Positions 1 to 9,290 of a stretch of 64,000 nt of DNA are shown here, in pieces. The notes beneath the pieces were generated by a model. The model ran no database searches and was not told the origin of the DNA. It saw only the letters and a list, made by a program, of their open reading frames with translations. How positions within the stretch are numbered: the stretch's first letter is position 1; each line of letters starts with the position of its first letter. A program made the translations under genes and the position numbers. Origin of the DNA: a virus. The stretch is taken from the IMG/VR virus record IMGVR_UViG_3300027719_000003, positions 9,586 to 73,585 of that record; one strand, given 5' to 3'.

Positions 1-1
1 G

Positions 2-337
2 CGACGATTAACGCGCACTAAACTGAACATCGGCATTTATAGTGAAGGCACGCTCAGGCCGTTAGACTTGTGCGATGCATTCGTTTATGAGCTGGCAAGC
101 CTACGATTGTCACGGCGCGAACGTGCTACTATTCGCGATATACTAAAAAAGCTAGAAATTGAAAATGACAAGCCGTACATTGAACGAGATGGCTACGCAC
201 CGTATTTTCAGGACGCCTATTATGGGGATATGATCGATATTATCGATAGGCATTGCCCGAGAAACGCATATTTTGGGTCGAGCGAAGGCGACGGCGCTTG
301 TATAGGCATATGGGAATATATGGGAGAGGAGTATTAA
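2..337 (+). CDS. Hypothetical phage protein, 5' end outside the window
   Basis: Frame is open from position 2 (RRLTRTKLNIGIYSEGTLRPLDL...) to TAA at 335-337; first of a tightly packed + strand run. Confidence 0.7.
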   Translation, partial: RRLTRTKLNIGIYSEGTLRPLDLCDAFVYELASLRLSRRERATIRDILKKLEIENDKPYIERDGYAPYFQDAYYGDMIDIIDRHCPRNAYFGSSEGDGACIGIWEYMGEEY

Positions 338-338
338 C

Positions 339-740
339 ATGCGCCGACTAACAATAGACGAGCAAGCGCGCTATAAAGAGTACGAAGGTATCGATATAGA
401 TATAGAGATATCGCTATTCGAGTATGGTCGTATCTATAAACCGATATATAATGATAACGGCGAACTAATAGAGTATCATATAGTTTATGGAGTGGTACAT
501 AACGGTGAGGACTATACGGAATTTGATTATAGTTTTTTGTCAAAAAAAGATTATATAGACCTATTAAAAAAGGACTGGGTAAAAATCGACAGCGTGCTAG
601 AGTATGCCAGTACCACGCTGGAAAACATGCAAGAATTCAACGAATGTAATATAGATATATTAATAAATTATCATGGTATAGAAAATATCCTAGGAGGATC
701 GTACAGTAGTAAAATTATCGGCGTGGAGGAAACGGAATGA
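339..740 (+). CDS. Hypothetical protein (133 aa)
   Basis: GAGGAG RBS, ATG, stop overlaps the next start. Confidence 0.75.
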   Translation: MRRLTIDEQARYKEYEGIDIDIEISLFEYGRIYKPIYNDNGELIEYHIVYGVVHNGEDYTEFDYSFLSKKDYIDLLKKDWVKIDSVLEYASTTLENMQEFNECNIDILINYHGIENILGGSYSSKIIGVEETE

Positions 741-931
741 AGTTTATTTTTTATAGCTCGTTAAGCCCGTATGTTAAGCGTATCTTACGGAAAGCGCTTA
801 AAGAACATATGAACCATCGGGGCAGTGAATACAACATTACCCTTGACGGCGGAAGCGTCTATATTACCGTCAAGGGTCAACGCCCCGCGCTACTCGTCAA
901 GGGTGGAACGATAGTAAAGGGAGTGATATAA
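737..931 (+). CDS. Hypothetical protein (64 aa)
   Basis: GGAGG RBS, ATGA overlap. Confidence 0.65.
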   Translation: MKFIFYSSLSPYVKRILRKALKEHMNHRGSEYNITLDGGSVYITVKGQRPALLVKGGTIVKGVI

Positions 932-1248
932 TGATAACTACATTTGAGGCGTATTGTAAAGATTATTGTACAAAAGACAGTAAAGAAATATCGAGATTTT
1001 ATGTCAAGCGCAATAGTGAAGTATTCTTAACGGCCTATGCGCTATCATGCGGTTATATCGATAACTGGAACGACGGTAAATATGAAATAACATTAGATTA
1101 TAGCAATGAAACATATAGATTAAGAATTCGTTACATTCCAAAGGAAGGCGAGATTATCGGCATGAAAGGGCTTGATTTTATGTCACGGCGGCTTGACATA
1201 ATACGTAAAAAGCAAGTATTATATATCGATATGGTAAGAAAGCCATAA
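931..1248 (+). CDS. Hypothetical protein (105 aa)
   Basis: GGGAG RBS, TAATG overlap. Confidence 0.7.
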   Translation: MITTFEAYCKDYCTKDSKEISRFYVKRNSEVFLTAYALSCGYIDNWNDGKYEITLDYSNETYRLRIRYIPKEGEIIGMKGLDFMSRRLDIIRKKQVLYIDMVRKP

Positions 1249-1260
1249 GGAGGCTAGAAA

Positions 1261-1575
1261 ATGAAGTATCAATTTATTATAACCGGGCGCCGATGGTTCC
1301 AAAAATCCTATGGTAACACGTACCATACAGCGACGATGGAAGTACGAGACGAGAACGGTAATACGGTCTACACCTATAAATCAGGCGAGCGATACGGATA
1401 TGGTGAACAGTTTATTACTACGGCCATGGAGTATCTATTCAAGGCCGGATACCTTGACGGTATAAAAAATTATAGTAACGGAGGCACTGAGCCTTTGTGG
1501 GCCTACTGCGAGCGTATGGGATATCCCGCGCCGATTATCAATACGATAGACGTGACAAGGGAAAAAGACTTATGA
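1261..1575 (+). CDS. Hypothetical phage early-region protein (RRWFQKSYGNTYH motif)
   Basis: AAGGAGG RBS, ORF track. Confidence 0.75.
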   Translation: MKYQFIITGRRWFQKSYGNTYHTATMEVRDENGNTVYTYKSGERYGYGEQFITTAMEYLFKAGYLDGIKNYSNGGTEPLWAYCERMGYPAPIINTIDVTREKDL

Positions 1576-1841
1576 AAACACATAAAGGCGAGCTAGTAAG
1601 TAATACAATGTTAACGGAAGCAAGGCGCGCCGTCGCGGAAGATTGGCGAACTATGGCTTATGATATCAGGGTAGAAGACGCCTATGCAAGCCATATCACG
1701 GAAGAACAGAAAATTCAATTTTATCAGGATGAATTGAAATACGCCGATGAAATTGAACTAGGTGAGCATGATAGCAATTTCACTATATGGCAACGATTGA
1801 ATACTTATATTACCGGGGAGTGTATAGCTTTACTATCATAG
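1572..1841 (+). CDS. Hypothetical protein (89 aa)
   Basis: ATGA overlap with the previous gene favours 1572 over the ORF-track start at 1497. Confidence 0.7.
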   Translation: MKTHKGELVSNTMLTEARRAVAEDWRTMAYDIRVEDAYASHITEEQKIQFYQDELKYADEIELGEHDSNFTIWQRLNTYITGECIALLS

Positions 1842-1856
1842 GAAGGATGGTACAGA

Positions 1857-2069
1857 ATGGATATGTTAGTAGATTATCACAATATGCACTCATTGACGGC
1901 TACAATCAAGGCGTTGACTATACCAGCGCGTAGTTTAATGCGATCAAATAGCCTTAATGAGTACAATGCCGATATAGGGCGAGGAATGGCTGAAGACTTC
2001 GCATTGTTTGCAATAAGGCGCGGTCTAAAAGTCACTGAAGTAAATAAGCATAAGGATAGTACGGAATAG
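1857..2069 (+). CDS. Hypothetical protein (70 aa)
   Basis: GGAAGGA RBS; followed by a terminator. Confidence 0.6.
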   Translation: MDMLVDYHNMHSLTATIKALTIPARSLMRSNSLNEYNADIGRGMAEDFALFAIRRGLKVTEVNKHKDSTE

Positions 2070-2090
2070 ACTAAACAGTAGCGTTTCTAC

Positions 2091-2122
2091 GGCCCTATAC
2101 ATAACAGTATAGGGCCTTTTCT
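2091..2122 (+). terminator. Intrinsic terminator
   Basis: GGCCCTATAC-ATAACA-GTATAGGGCC followed by TTTTCT. Confidence 0.85.
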
Positions 2123-2163
2123 GTATATCTAGCTATTTAGACTATAGCACTGTATAAAACACA

Positions 2164-2306
2164 ATAGTTGCAAAGTTTCCAAATATTGCAACTATATATC
2201 ATTATGATATCTAATTGATATAGATAATCATTATCAATTAGACATAGGTAAGGAATAGTGTATCATTTTGACACATATAGTTAGAAGAGTGTATCATTAT
2301 GATACA
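2164..2306. promoter_or_regulatory. Array of palindromic operator-like sites, including a Fur-box-like 19-mer
   Basis: Inverted repeats at 2164-2195, 2196-2210, 2210-2242, 2259-2275 and 2290-2306; GATATAGATAATCATTATC at 2217-2235. Confidence 0.6.
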
Positions 2307-2388
2307 GTGTAGGATAGGGTATATAATAAGGTATAAGGCAGGTGGGGAGCAATCTTTCTTATTCCCTAACATATTTTCAAATTTATAG

Positions 2389-2417
2389 TTGACAAGCCTT
2401 CCCTATCGTGCTATATT
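2389..2417 (+). promoter_or_regulatory. Sigma70-type promoter
   Basis: TTGACA-17 bp-TATATT with extended TG. Confidence 0.8.
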
Positions 2418-2444
2418 ATGTATATCAAGATTAGGGAGGATCAA

Positions 2445-2639
2445 ATGGACAAGACAGTAGCGATGGACGTAGCCGTGACTAACTTCGCCGACAAGCTAAG
2501 GCGCTTTAATGCTTCCAGCACTACCACTACCAAGGTAGTCAAGGATCGCCAACACGTCACGGCTATCTATCACAAAGAGGAGCGTAAAGCCATTATCTAC
2601 GATAAGGCCGCTACATTGCTAATTAAGCGGTCTAAGTAA
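2445..2639 (+). CDS. Hypothetical protein (64 aa)
   Basis: GGGAGG RBS before ATG 2445. Confidence 0.7.
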   Translation: MDKTVAMDVAVTNFADKLRRFNASSTTTTKVVKDRQHVTAIYHKEERKAIIYDKAATLLIKRSK

Positions 2640-2734
2640 GCATGGGGAGGCTTATAGCATACATACTAGGGTTTATAGCCCTATGTATTATATTGGATCG
2701 ATTAGCCTACTACATAGGCAGGAAGGATTAGAAC

Positions 2735-2902
2735 ATGGACGGGCTAAACAGTACGGACAAGGTAGTCATAGAGTCGCTAAGGCGTAGAGGCTTCGCCGTG
2801 GCTATATGTACACCTGACGAAGTAGGCAAGGCGAGCGTGGATAGCATAGAAGGCTTTATGCAATTGGAAGGGCTTAGAGTAGCGGATACACTCAATAGAT
2901 AG
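2735..2902 (+). CDS. Hypothetical protein (55 aa, below ORF-track cutoff)
   Basis: GGAAGGA RBS; MDGLNSTDKVVIESLRRRGFAVAIC...LNR*. Confidence 0.55.
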   Translation: MDGLNSTDKVVIESLRRRGFAVAICTPDEVGKASVDSIEGFMQLEGLRVADTLNR

Positions 2903-3386
2903 CTTACTGTACACTCTAGCATAGTACCCTAGCCATAATAGGCCGGGGTATTTTTTTATCCTAATGAGTGTAGGCATGGGCAGGGTATAGATAGGTATGA
3001 GTATGGACACTATGGATGGTAGAGAAGGCAGGAATAGGGTATACCCCCCCCGCCCCCCTTACCCCACCGAACACCTCTGCTCTGTGTCGGCGTCAGGCTA
3101 GAGCTTCCGTGGGGCCAATATGCTCAACTAAAATTTTATACCCAAATATCGCTCCGTGTGGCCTATTGCATAATCCCTATGTGCAAATTCCATCCCCTGT
3201 ATAAAATTCACTATACCCCTATGCCCCTTCCCAAAATTTTATTCAAAAATCTGAGCATAATGGGTTTTTCTGTACCCTCTAGGTAATATCCCCAAAATAG
3301 CCCCCATAAGGCATACCGGCATGAAAAGGTACGGCCTATAGGGGTAAAACGCCGTGGTGACAATCCTAGGGGCTATAGCGGGCAAA

Positions 3387-3415
3387 ATAAAAGCCCACCT
3401 TGTTACGGGTGGGCC
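3387..3415 (-). terminator. Intrinsic terminator for the - strand gene pair
   Basis: GCCCACC/GGTGGGC stem with a flanking A-tract on the + strand. Confidence 0.7.
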
Positions 3416-3423
3416 TAAACAGA

Positions 3424-4011
3424 TTACAGATACTTGAGCATAAACTCCAGTGCTTCCTTACCTGTGTCGAATACATAGAGAATAGGCTGTTCATCACTGT
3501 CACACATACACGTCTGCGCCTCATCGAGTGCCCTTTGTCCTGAATCGACCGTATCTGATAGACGATGGGTAAGGCAGTACATCCCGACGAATGTATACAA
3601 TAGCGTGTGGGTGTTTTCGTCAGTGGCGCACTTCAGGAGATAGGGTTCTTCCTCCCAAATTGCCACATAGTGCTTATCCGCGTTGTAGACAGTAGCATCA
3701 TTCTGCTTCTGTCCTTCACCCTTGAGCTGTAGCACTTCAGCCTCCAGACGCTCTATACGCTTCTGCAAGGCTTCAATGTCATCCTCGAACATCTTGTCTA
3801 TCCAAGACCACACACCTCCGTCTATATCTATCCTATAGGATAGCTCATCGCGGTTTATTGCTTTAATAATGACGCGATCTCCAGCGTATGCAAACATTTC
3901 TGGAGGCATACACAATTCACTGAACGGTATACTTCCAAACTCATCCTTTGGCTGTGCATCAATCCAAGCCTTCGACTTGATCCGTACCGTGTCCCCTACC
4001 TTGTACTTCAT
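3424..4011 (-). CDS. Hypothetical protein (N-terminal KYKVGD SH3-like segment plus coiled coil)
   Basis: AAGGAG RBS; MKYKVGDTVRIK start typical of small phage domains. Confidence 0.75.
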   Translation of the reverse strand: MKYKVGDTVRIKSKAWIDAQPKDEFGSIPFSELCMPPEMFAYAGDRVIIKAINRDELSYRIDIDGGVWSWIDKMFEDDIEALQKRIERLEAEVLQLKGEGQKQNDATVYNADKHYVAIWEEEPYLLKCATDENTHTLLYTFVGMYCLTHRLSDTVDSGQRALDEAQTCMCDSDEQPILYVFDTGKEALEFMLKYL

Positions 4012-4156
4012 CTTCTAGCTCCTTCCTTGTAAATCGATATTGCTCCAGTGCTATGTTATAGGTCTCACACGCACATCCTTCACACTCCCGCACCTTGCTA
4101 CATTGTGTGGCAGGGTCATAGGGACATTGTTCCAACTGCTCCGTAGGCACCTCCAT
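3959..4156 (-). CDS. Small Cys-rich hypothetical protein
   Basis: Directly downstream of the - strand promoter; several Cys residues. Confidence 0.55.
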   Translation of the reverse strand: MEVPTEQLEQCPYDPATQCSKVRECEGCACETYNIALEQYRFTRKELEDEVQGRGHGTDQVEGLD

Positions 4157-4165
4157 GATTTGTAG

Positions 4166-4194
4166 AGTGTACTATAGGATTGTCGAAAAGTCAA
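4166..4194 (-). promoter_or_regulatory. Sigma70-type promoter (leftward member of a divergent pair)
   Basis: TTGACT-17 bp-TACACT on the - strand. Confidence 0.8.
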
Positions 4195-4207
4195 GCGAAA
4201 AATATAC

Positions 4208-4236
4208 TTGACTTTTGTAAAAATTAGTGATACTAT
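4208..4236 (+). promoter_or_regulatory. Sigma70-type promoter (rightward member of a divergent pair)
   Basis: TTGACT-17 bp-TACTAT with extended TG. Confidence 0.8.
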
Positions 4237-4268
4237 CTGCATACAACGAAAACAAGGAGGGCAAGGAT

Positions 4269-4691
4269 ATGGTAGCGGCTATTATGTTGATTTGGCTTGT
4301 GTTGGCCTTGGTGTCATGGGCGTTTATGTACGGAGCTACAGTGAATGATGATGAGGACGAGGATATGAGTTTGGAACTAAGCAGAGGATTGGATTGCAGA
4401 ACAGCTTTAGGCTATAGGGGTGCCGGTTTTGCCAAGGGCTATGGAATTAGGCTCGGTGAGGAATATATCACCCCCGAGGATTTCGTAGAGTTCGTCATGT
4501 ATGTGATGACGAATACCGACCTTGCTCCTAATGATCCCCGTAGGGAATTGAAGGAGAGGCTGTCGGGGCTGATGGAGGTACCGGGCTTCAATAAGGGTAA
4601 CGTGCGGTATTCTCAGGCACCAGAGGAGTTTGGGCCGGATTATCGTGTGCTGGCCCCGGATGAGTTTCCTGAGCCGGGAATGGGGGCGTAG
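4269..4691 (+). CDS. Hypothetical protein with N-terminal TM helix
   Basis: AAGGAGG RBS before ATG 4269; hydrophobic first 25 aa; a possible internal start at MSLEL. Confidence 0.65.
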   Translation: MVAAIMLIWLVLALVSWAFMYGATVNDDEDEDMSLELSRGLDCRTALGYRGAGFAKGYGIRLGEEYITPEDFVEFVMYVMTNTDLAPNDPRRELKERLSGLMEVPGFNKGNVRYSQAPEEFGPDYRVLAPDEFPEPGMGA

Positions 4692-4692
4692 G

Positions 4693-5202
4693 ATGGACGG
4701 TAATATCGACAAGGTGCTGGATGAGTTTGACACTTCTAAATATTTATACGATCCCAACACCGGAGTAATTACAAAGAATGGCAAAGGTTGTGGCGCTATC
4801 ACTAAAAAGGGGTATTTGCGTATACAAAATGATGGTAAGAGAATTATGGCACACCGACTTGCATGGTTTTTGTATTTCAAATCATGGCCTTCTGGATACC
4901 TCGATCATATAAATGGAGATAGATTGGATAATCGTATTTCTAACTTGAGGGTGTCGTCTCCTAGGTTGAACGGATTAAATAAATCGATTCATCGAGATGG
5001 AAGGTTGTCTGGATACAGTAAACAGCCTAATGGTAAATATAGGGCGGAGATATCATTTTCTGGGAAGAAATATTCTCTAGGAAACTATTTTACTGTGGCT
5101 GAGGCACACGCGGTGTATGAAGACGCCTTGGGTAAGGTGTTGGCTGGGAAGAATCCTATCTCCGCCGTTGCCATCGCCAACGCCGAGAAGGACAAGCCAT
5201 GA
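4693..5202 (+). CDS. HNH homing endonuclease with AP2-like C-terminal domain
   Basis: AHRLAW...LDHINGDRLDNRISNLR HNH motif; GKYRAEI...KYSLGNY...AEA AP2-like segment. Confidence 0.9.
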   Translation: MDGNIDKVLDEFDTSKYLYDPNTGVITKNGKGCGAITKKGYLRIQNDGKRIMAHRLAWFLYFKSWPSGYLDHINGDRLDNRISNLRVSSPRLNGLNKSIHRDGRLSGYSKQPNGKYRAEISFSGKKYSLGNYFTVAEAHAVYEDALGKVLAGKNPISAVAIANAEKDKP

Positions 5203-5432
5203 CTTATCTATGTAGTCCCGGTCGGTATGAATTTCGTGGTGCTCATATCGAGATGTCTGGTATTGGCGGGCCTTGGGCTGTGAAGGATAGCGGTGATCCT
5301 TATATCCGCTTGCCACGTTATGTGTCAGAGGCCCTTGATGTTTTCTGGAAACTGCCGGAAGAAGAATGGAAGCAGTATCGTGTTGGTGGCGGGTGCATAG
5401 GCATTCCAGATGAAGGAGACAAAGATGATTGA
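5199..5432 (+). CDS. Hypothetical protein
   Basis: ATGA overlap. Confidence 0.6.
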   Translation: MTYLCSPGRYEFRGAHIEMSGIGGPWAVKDSGDPYIRLPRYVSEALDVFWKLPEEEWKQYRVGGGCIGIPDEGDKDD

Positions 5433-5673
5433 CATTGAAGAAGTCGTAGCCGATAATGGCAGTATGATGCGGGTATGGAGATATGCTGATGCCCCAGAAC
5501 TACTCAAGGGTCTTGTACTCAATTCAGATTGCTGTGATCTGGTAGTCGCTGTGCCTAGTGAGAAGTTAGGCATACTGGTAGATACCCCATTCATGGATTG
5601 GATGTTCGGGGATTATATTGTCCCTGAAGTACACGATCTGGGCGAGTGGGTTATTTACTTCGTATTCCATTAA
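5410..5673 (+). CDS. Hypothetical protein
   Basis: ORF track; the start may be the GGAG-preceded ATG at 5425. Confidence 0.6.
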   Translation: MKETKMIDIEEVVADNGSMMRVWRYADAPELLKGLVLNSDCCDLVVAVPSEKLGILVDTPFMDWMFGDYIVPEVHDLGEWVIYFVFH

Positions 5674-5695
5674 GCTATAGTTTCATTACTATCTG

Positions 5696-5720
5696 AGCAC
5701 CCCTAACCGGGTGCTTTTTT
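5696..5720 (+). terminator. Intrinsic terminator
   Basis: AGCACCC-TAACC-GGGTGCT followed by TTTTT. Confidence 0.85.
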
Positions 5721-5737
5721 GTTGTCTACGGGGGTAC

Positions 5738-5766
5738 TTGACAAAGTTAAGAAAGTATGCTATGGT
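5738..5766 (+). promoter_or_regulatory. Sigma70-type promoter of the terminase operon
   Basis: TTGACA-17 bp-TATGGT; spacer resembles that of the 7820 promoter (GAAAGTATGCTAT). Confidence 0.75.
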
Positions 5767-5809
5767 GTATTCTCATATATAGCACTTATCTTATATAGAG
5801 GAGTTTACC

Positions 5810-6481
5810 ATGGGACGGACTAAGGGACTTACTGATGCGATAATTATAGAAAAAGAGGGCGGTATCGCCAACGCCGTCGAGATTATGGGTACTGATGAGA
5901 ACGGAATACCGACGACTATCTGTGGTGTAGATATACTCCGCTACAAGCTCACCAAGTTCGAGGTGGAGTTTGTCATCGAGTACATGAACAACGGCATGAA
6001 TGCCGTTTCTGCCGCGATGAAGATATTTGGCTTAAAGCGTATGGCGGCGGCTAAGGCGAAGGCCGCATACCTTATGAACAACGGCAGGGTATTCCCCCTG
6101 CTTCAGCTATTGCTAAAAAATAGTGTTAGTTCTTCTTTACAGTACAGCCCCGCTTTGCTTATGACGAATGTTCAGACATGGTTACAGTATGATATCAATA
6201 AATATTATACATCCGATGGTGATGCTATCCCCCTTGAGGATATTGAGGAAGAGGCTCGTCAACTTATCAGCGGTGTGGACTATACCGTCAACTCTAAAAC
6301 AGGTGAGCGCTATGTCACCTATAAGTTACCGGATAAGTACAAGGTTCTGCAAGAGTTGTCGTCCATCGTGAAATTCCTCCAGACGCTTACGACAGTTAAT
6401 GCTGAGGACGAATCTGATGCCGAGCAGAAGCGCAAGGAAATTTTTGGAAAGTTTACGAATCATACCCCGGAGATTGAATAA
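5810..6481 (+). CDS. terS: Terminase small subunit
   Basis: LTKFEVEFVIEYMNNGMNAVSAA HTH-like segment, YKLPDKYKVLQEL C-terminal motif, immediately upstream of TerL. Confidence 0.75.
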   Translation: MGRTKGLTDAIIIEKEGGIANAVEIMGTDENGIPTTICGVDILRYKLTKFEVEFVIEYMNNGMNAVSAAMKIFGLKRMAAAKAKAAYLMNNGRVFPLLQLLLKNSVSSSLQYSPALLMTNVQTWLQYDINKYYTSDGDAIPLEDIEEEARQLISGVDYTVNSKTGERYVTYKLPDKYKVLQELSSIVKFLQTLTTVNAEDESDAEQKRKEIFGKFTNHTPEIE

Positions 6482-7791
6482 TGGCTATAAAATATTCATG
6501 GGATGATATTGCTACTATCAGGGAACATCCCCATATCCTTGGATTATTGGGTGGCAAGACCCTCCTTACTGAAATGCACTCCGATTGGATTCGGTATATA
6601 TGGGACACCAATCAGGATAGGGCGCTCAAGGCCCATCGTGGTTCGTACAAGTCTACATCAATTATCGAGTGTGGTGTTCCTTGGCACCTTATGTGGAACC
6701 CGAATGATCGTATTGCTATAGTCAGAAAAACTTATACCGCCGCCGCTGAAGTGGTGCGCTCCATTGCCAACCTCATGGAAAATCCACTTGTGCGTCCGGT
6801 GTTTGAAAAGGCATGGGGTTCAAAATGGAAGTTCACTACAAAGCGTGAGGGGAAGTTAAATCTTTCTGTTAAGGAAACATCCACCCCACAGCTTTCTATA
6901 GAGGCGCTAGGGCTTGATTCCAATATAACAGGAAAGCATTACGACCGTGTAATATGCGATGACTTCATTGATCTGAATGATCGTATCTCTGAGGCTGAAC
7001 GGGAAAAGACAAAATTACTTATTCAGGAAATTCGCGCCAACATCATCGACCGCGACAAGCCCACGTCATTTATTGGTACTCCGTGGCATAAGCATGATGC
7101 GTGGACGATTCTGCCTCCAGCGTTGGAATACCCCATAGACAAAGCCCATCTCGTTACGCAAGAGCAGATAGCCCGTATCAAGAGCACGACGACACCGATT
7201 CTGTATGCTTGTAACTACGAACTGCGCTTTGAGGCAGAGGATGACCTTATCTTCAAAAATCCGCATAAGGGTACATGGCATTATGACGAAGTGAAGGATG
7301 TAAAGGCTCATGTCGATGCGGCGTTCAAGGGCGATCACTGGAATGCTCTGACGATAATGGGACGGATGCCAAATGGTAGACTTAATGCAGTTGGCTTTGC
7401 CTTCCACGGGAATATCAAGGAATGGCTTCCATTCATCTGCCAGAAACTTATTCAATACGGCGCGAAGAGCCTGTATGTGGAGGACAACGCCGACCGCGGA
7501 TATTCCGCTGACATCATAAGTCAGAACCCAAATGTGAAGCGCGATGGTATCTGGGTTGAGTCGTATTTCGAGAAAATGCACAAGGAAGTCAAGATACAGA
7601 CCTACGGCTATGAGGTATGGCCCATAATAGAATGGGCGAATGATACCGACCCTGAGTATATGGAACAGGTGTGCGATTGGCGTGTGAAGCAGGAACCAGA
7701 TGATGCCCCAGACAGTATGGCGTCATTGATCAGAGAAGCAGGGTTCAGCACTGTAAGTGACTGGTCAAAATCGGCTATTTGGGACTATTGA
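6481..7791 (+). CDS. terL: Terminase large subunit
   Basis: Walker A AHRGSYKST, TGKHYDRVICDD Walker B, IGTPW coupling motif, nuclease acidic residues HVDAA and DDAPDS. Confidence 0.93.
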   Translation: MAIKYSWDDIATIREHPHILGLLGGKTLLTEMHSDWIRYIWDTNQDRALKAHRGSYKSTSIIECGVPWHLMWNPNDRIAIVRKTYTAAAEVVRSIANLMENPLVRPVFEKAWGSKWKFTTKREGKLNLSVKETSTPQLSIEALGLDSNITGKHYDRVICDDFIDLNDRISEAEREKTKLLIQEIRANIIDRDKPTSFIGTPWHKHDAWTILPPALEYPIDKAHLVTQEQIARIKSTTTPILYACNYELRFEAEDDLIFKNPHKGTWHYDEVKDVKAHVDAAFKGDHWNALTIMGRMPNGRLNAVGFAFHGNIKEWLPFICQKLIQYGAKSLYVEDNADRGYSADIISQNPNVKRDGIWVESYFEKMHKEVKIQTYGYEVWPIIEWANDTDPEYMEQVCDWRVKQEPDDAPDSMASLIREAGFSTVSDWSKSAIWDY

Positions 7792-7819
7792 GCACTATTA
7801 CGGGTAGTAAATTGGGGGC

Positions 7820-7848
7820 TTGACAAAATGACGAAAGTATGCTATAGT
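7820..7848 (+). promoter_or_regulatory. Sigma70-type promoter upstream of portal
   Basis: TTGACA-17 bp-TATAGT with extended TG. Confidence 0.8.
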
Positions 7849-7889
7849 GATATAACATAAGAGATTCACTATATAGTGGAGGTGATACG

Positions 7890-9290
7890 GTGGACGATCT
7901 ATTCCCCGATAATAATACAAAGACAGATTCTACCGGAATCATCCCCATAAAGAGCAGAGTGCCGCGTGGGGATGGATGGGGAAACGTCTTTACCGGATTG
8001 GGCGGCAAAAACGATAAGTCAATTTATACGAAGTTTGGTACATCGTATATGATTGATGACGATACACTATCCAATATCTATACAGGTGATGGTTTGGGTG
8101 GCCGCATTGTTGATGTAGTAGCTGATGATATGACCCGCGAGTGGGTATATCTTGGTGAAGATGAGGATGCAAGTGCTCTCAAGGTCATGGAAGAGCTTCA
8201 ACGGCTCAATGCCGAAGAGACCTTTAACTTGGGTATTAAGTGGCAACGTCTTCTTGGTGGAGCTTTGATTATTGTTGGGGCTATGGATGGGCAGTCCCCA
8301 GAGAAGCCACTTAAACTGGACAAAATCAAAACTATTGAATACCTCAAAGTGGTGGATAAGACCTGTATCCCCATAACAGAGTGTATCTTTGACACAGACC
8401 CCCGCTCTGCTACCTTTGGACAGGTACAAATATATAAGATAAACTACTATGTGGGAACGCAGGTTGTTCCCATGTATGTTCATGCCTCCCGAGTCATACC
8501 ACTACACAACGATACAGTGCCAACACGCATAAATGGTTTGGTGGACGCTTCTACCCGTTATTGGGGTATGAGTTCTCTACAGCGTGTATATGATAGTTTG
8601 AAGGATCTGGGCGGCATAACACAATCCACGGTGAATATCCTTATGGAGTTCATCATTGGCAAGTTCAAGATCAGCCACTTGGCAGAAATGCTTGCATCCG
8701 GTCAGGAACAGAAGGTTGTTCAGCGGCTGGAAATAATGAATCGTTCCAAGAGTGTCATAAACGCTGTATTGCTTGGCGATGATGAAGAGTACACAAGGGA
8801 CTATGCTACCTTAGCGGGACTACCAGAAGTTATAGACAGGTTCATGCTTCAGCTTTCTGGTTCTACAGGTATTCCAGTTACACGATTGTTTGGACGTTCT
8901 CCTGCTGGCCTTAATGCTACGGGGGAAAGTGATCTCCGTAACTACTACGATTTGATTGAGGCCAATCAGCGAAATAAACTGCTTCCGGCAGTGCGGCGTT
9001 TGGTATCCTTTGTTTGTAGTTACTCAGGTATTGCCAAGGCTCCTGATGTCAAGTTCAATTCGCTATATCAGTTGTCAGAGGAAGAGAAGGCTAATGTCGC
9101 CAAGACGTATGCCGAGACAGAAAAGATCACCGCTGAAACTGAAAAGATATATACTGATATGGGGGCCAGAGACCCGGCTGATATAAGCTCGGAGTATGGT
9201 TGGGAACCCGTGGATGCAGAAAACTTTCAAGACCCAGAAGCCGATCCCAATATAGAGGACATTCCAGATGACACCAACAAGCAAAAATGA
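7890..9290 (+). CDS. Portal protein (DUF1073-type)
   Basis: DGWGNVFTGLG, RIVDVVADDMTREW, VHASR, GIPVTRLFGRSPAGLNATGESDLRNYYD; position after TerL. Confidence 0.92.
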   Translation: MDDLFPDNNTKTDSTGIIPIKSRVPRGDGWGNVFTGLGGKNDKSIYTKFGTSYMIDDDTLSNIYTGDGLGGRIVDVVADDMTREWVYLGEDEDASALKVMEELQRLNAEETFNLGIKWQRLLGGALIIVGAMDGQSPEKPLKLDKIKTIEYLKVVDKTCIPITECIFDTDPRSATFGQVQIYKINYYVGTQVVPMYVHASRVIPLHNDTVPTRINGLVDASTRYWGMSSLQRVYDSLKDLGGITQSTVNILMEFIIGKFKISHLAEMLASGQEQKVVQRLEIMNRSKSVINAVLLGDDEEYTRDYATLAGLPEVIDRFMLQLSGSTGIPVTRLFGRSPAGLNATGESDLRNYYDLIEANQRNKLLPAVRRLVSFVCSYSGIAKAPDVKFNSLYQLSEEEKANVAKTYAETEKITAETEKIYTDMGARDPADISSEYGWEPVDAENFQDPEADPNIEDIPDDTNKQK

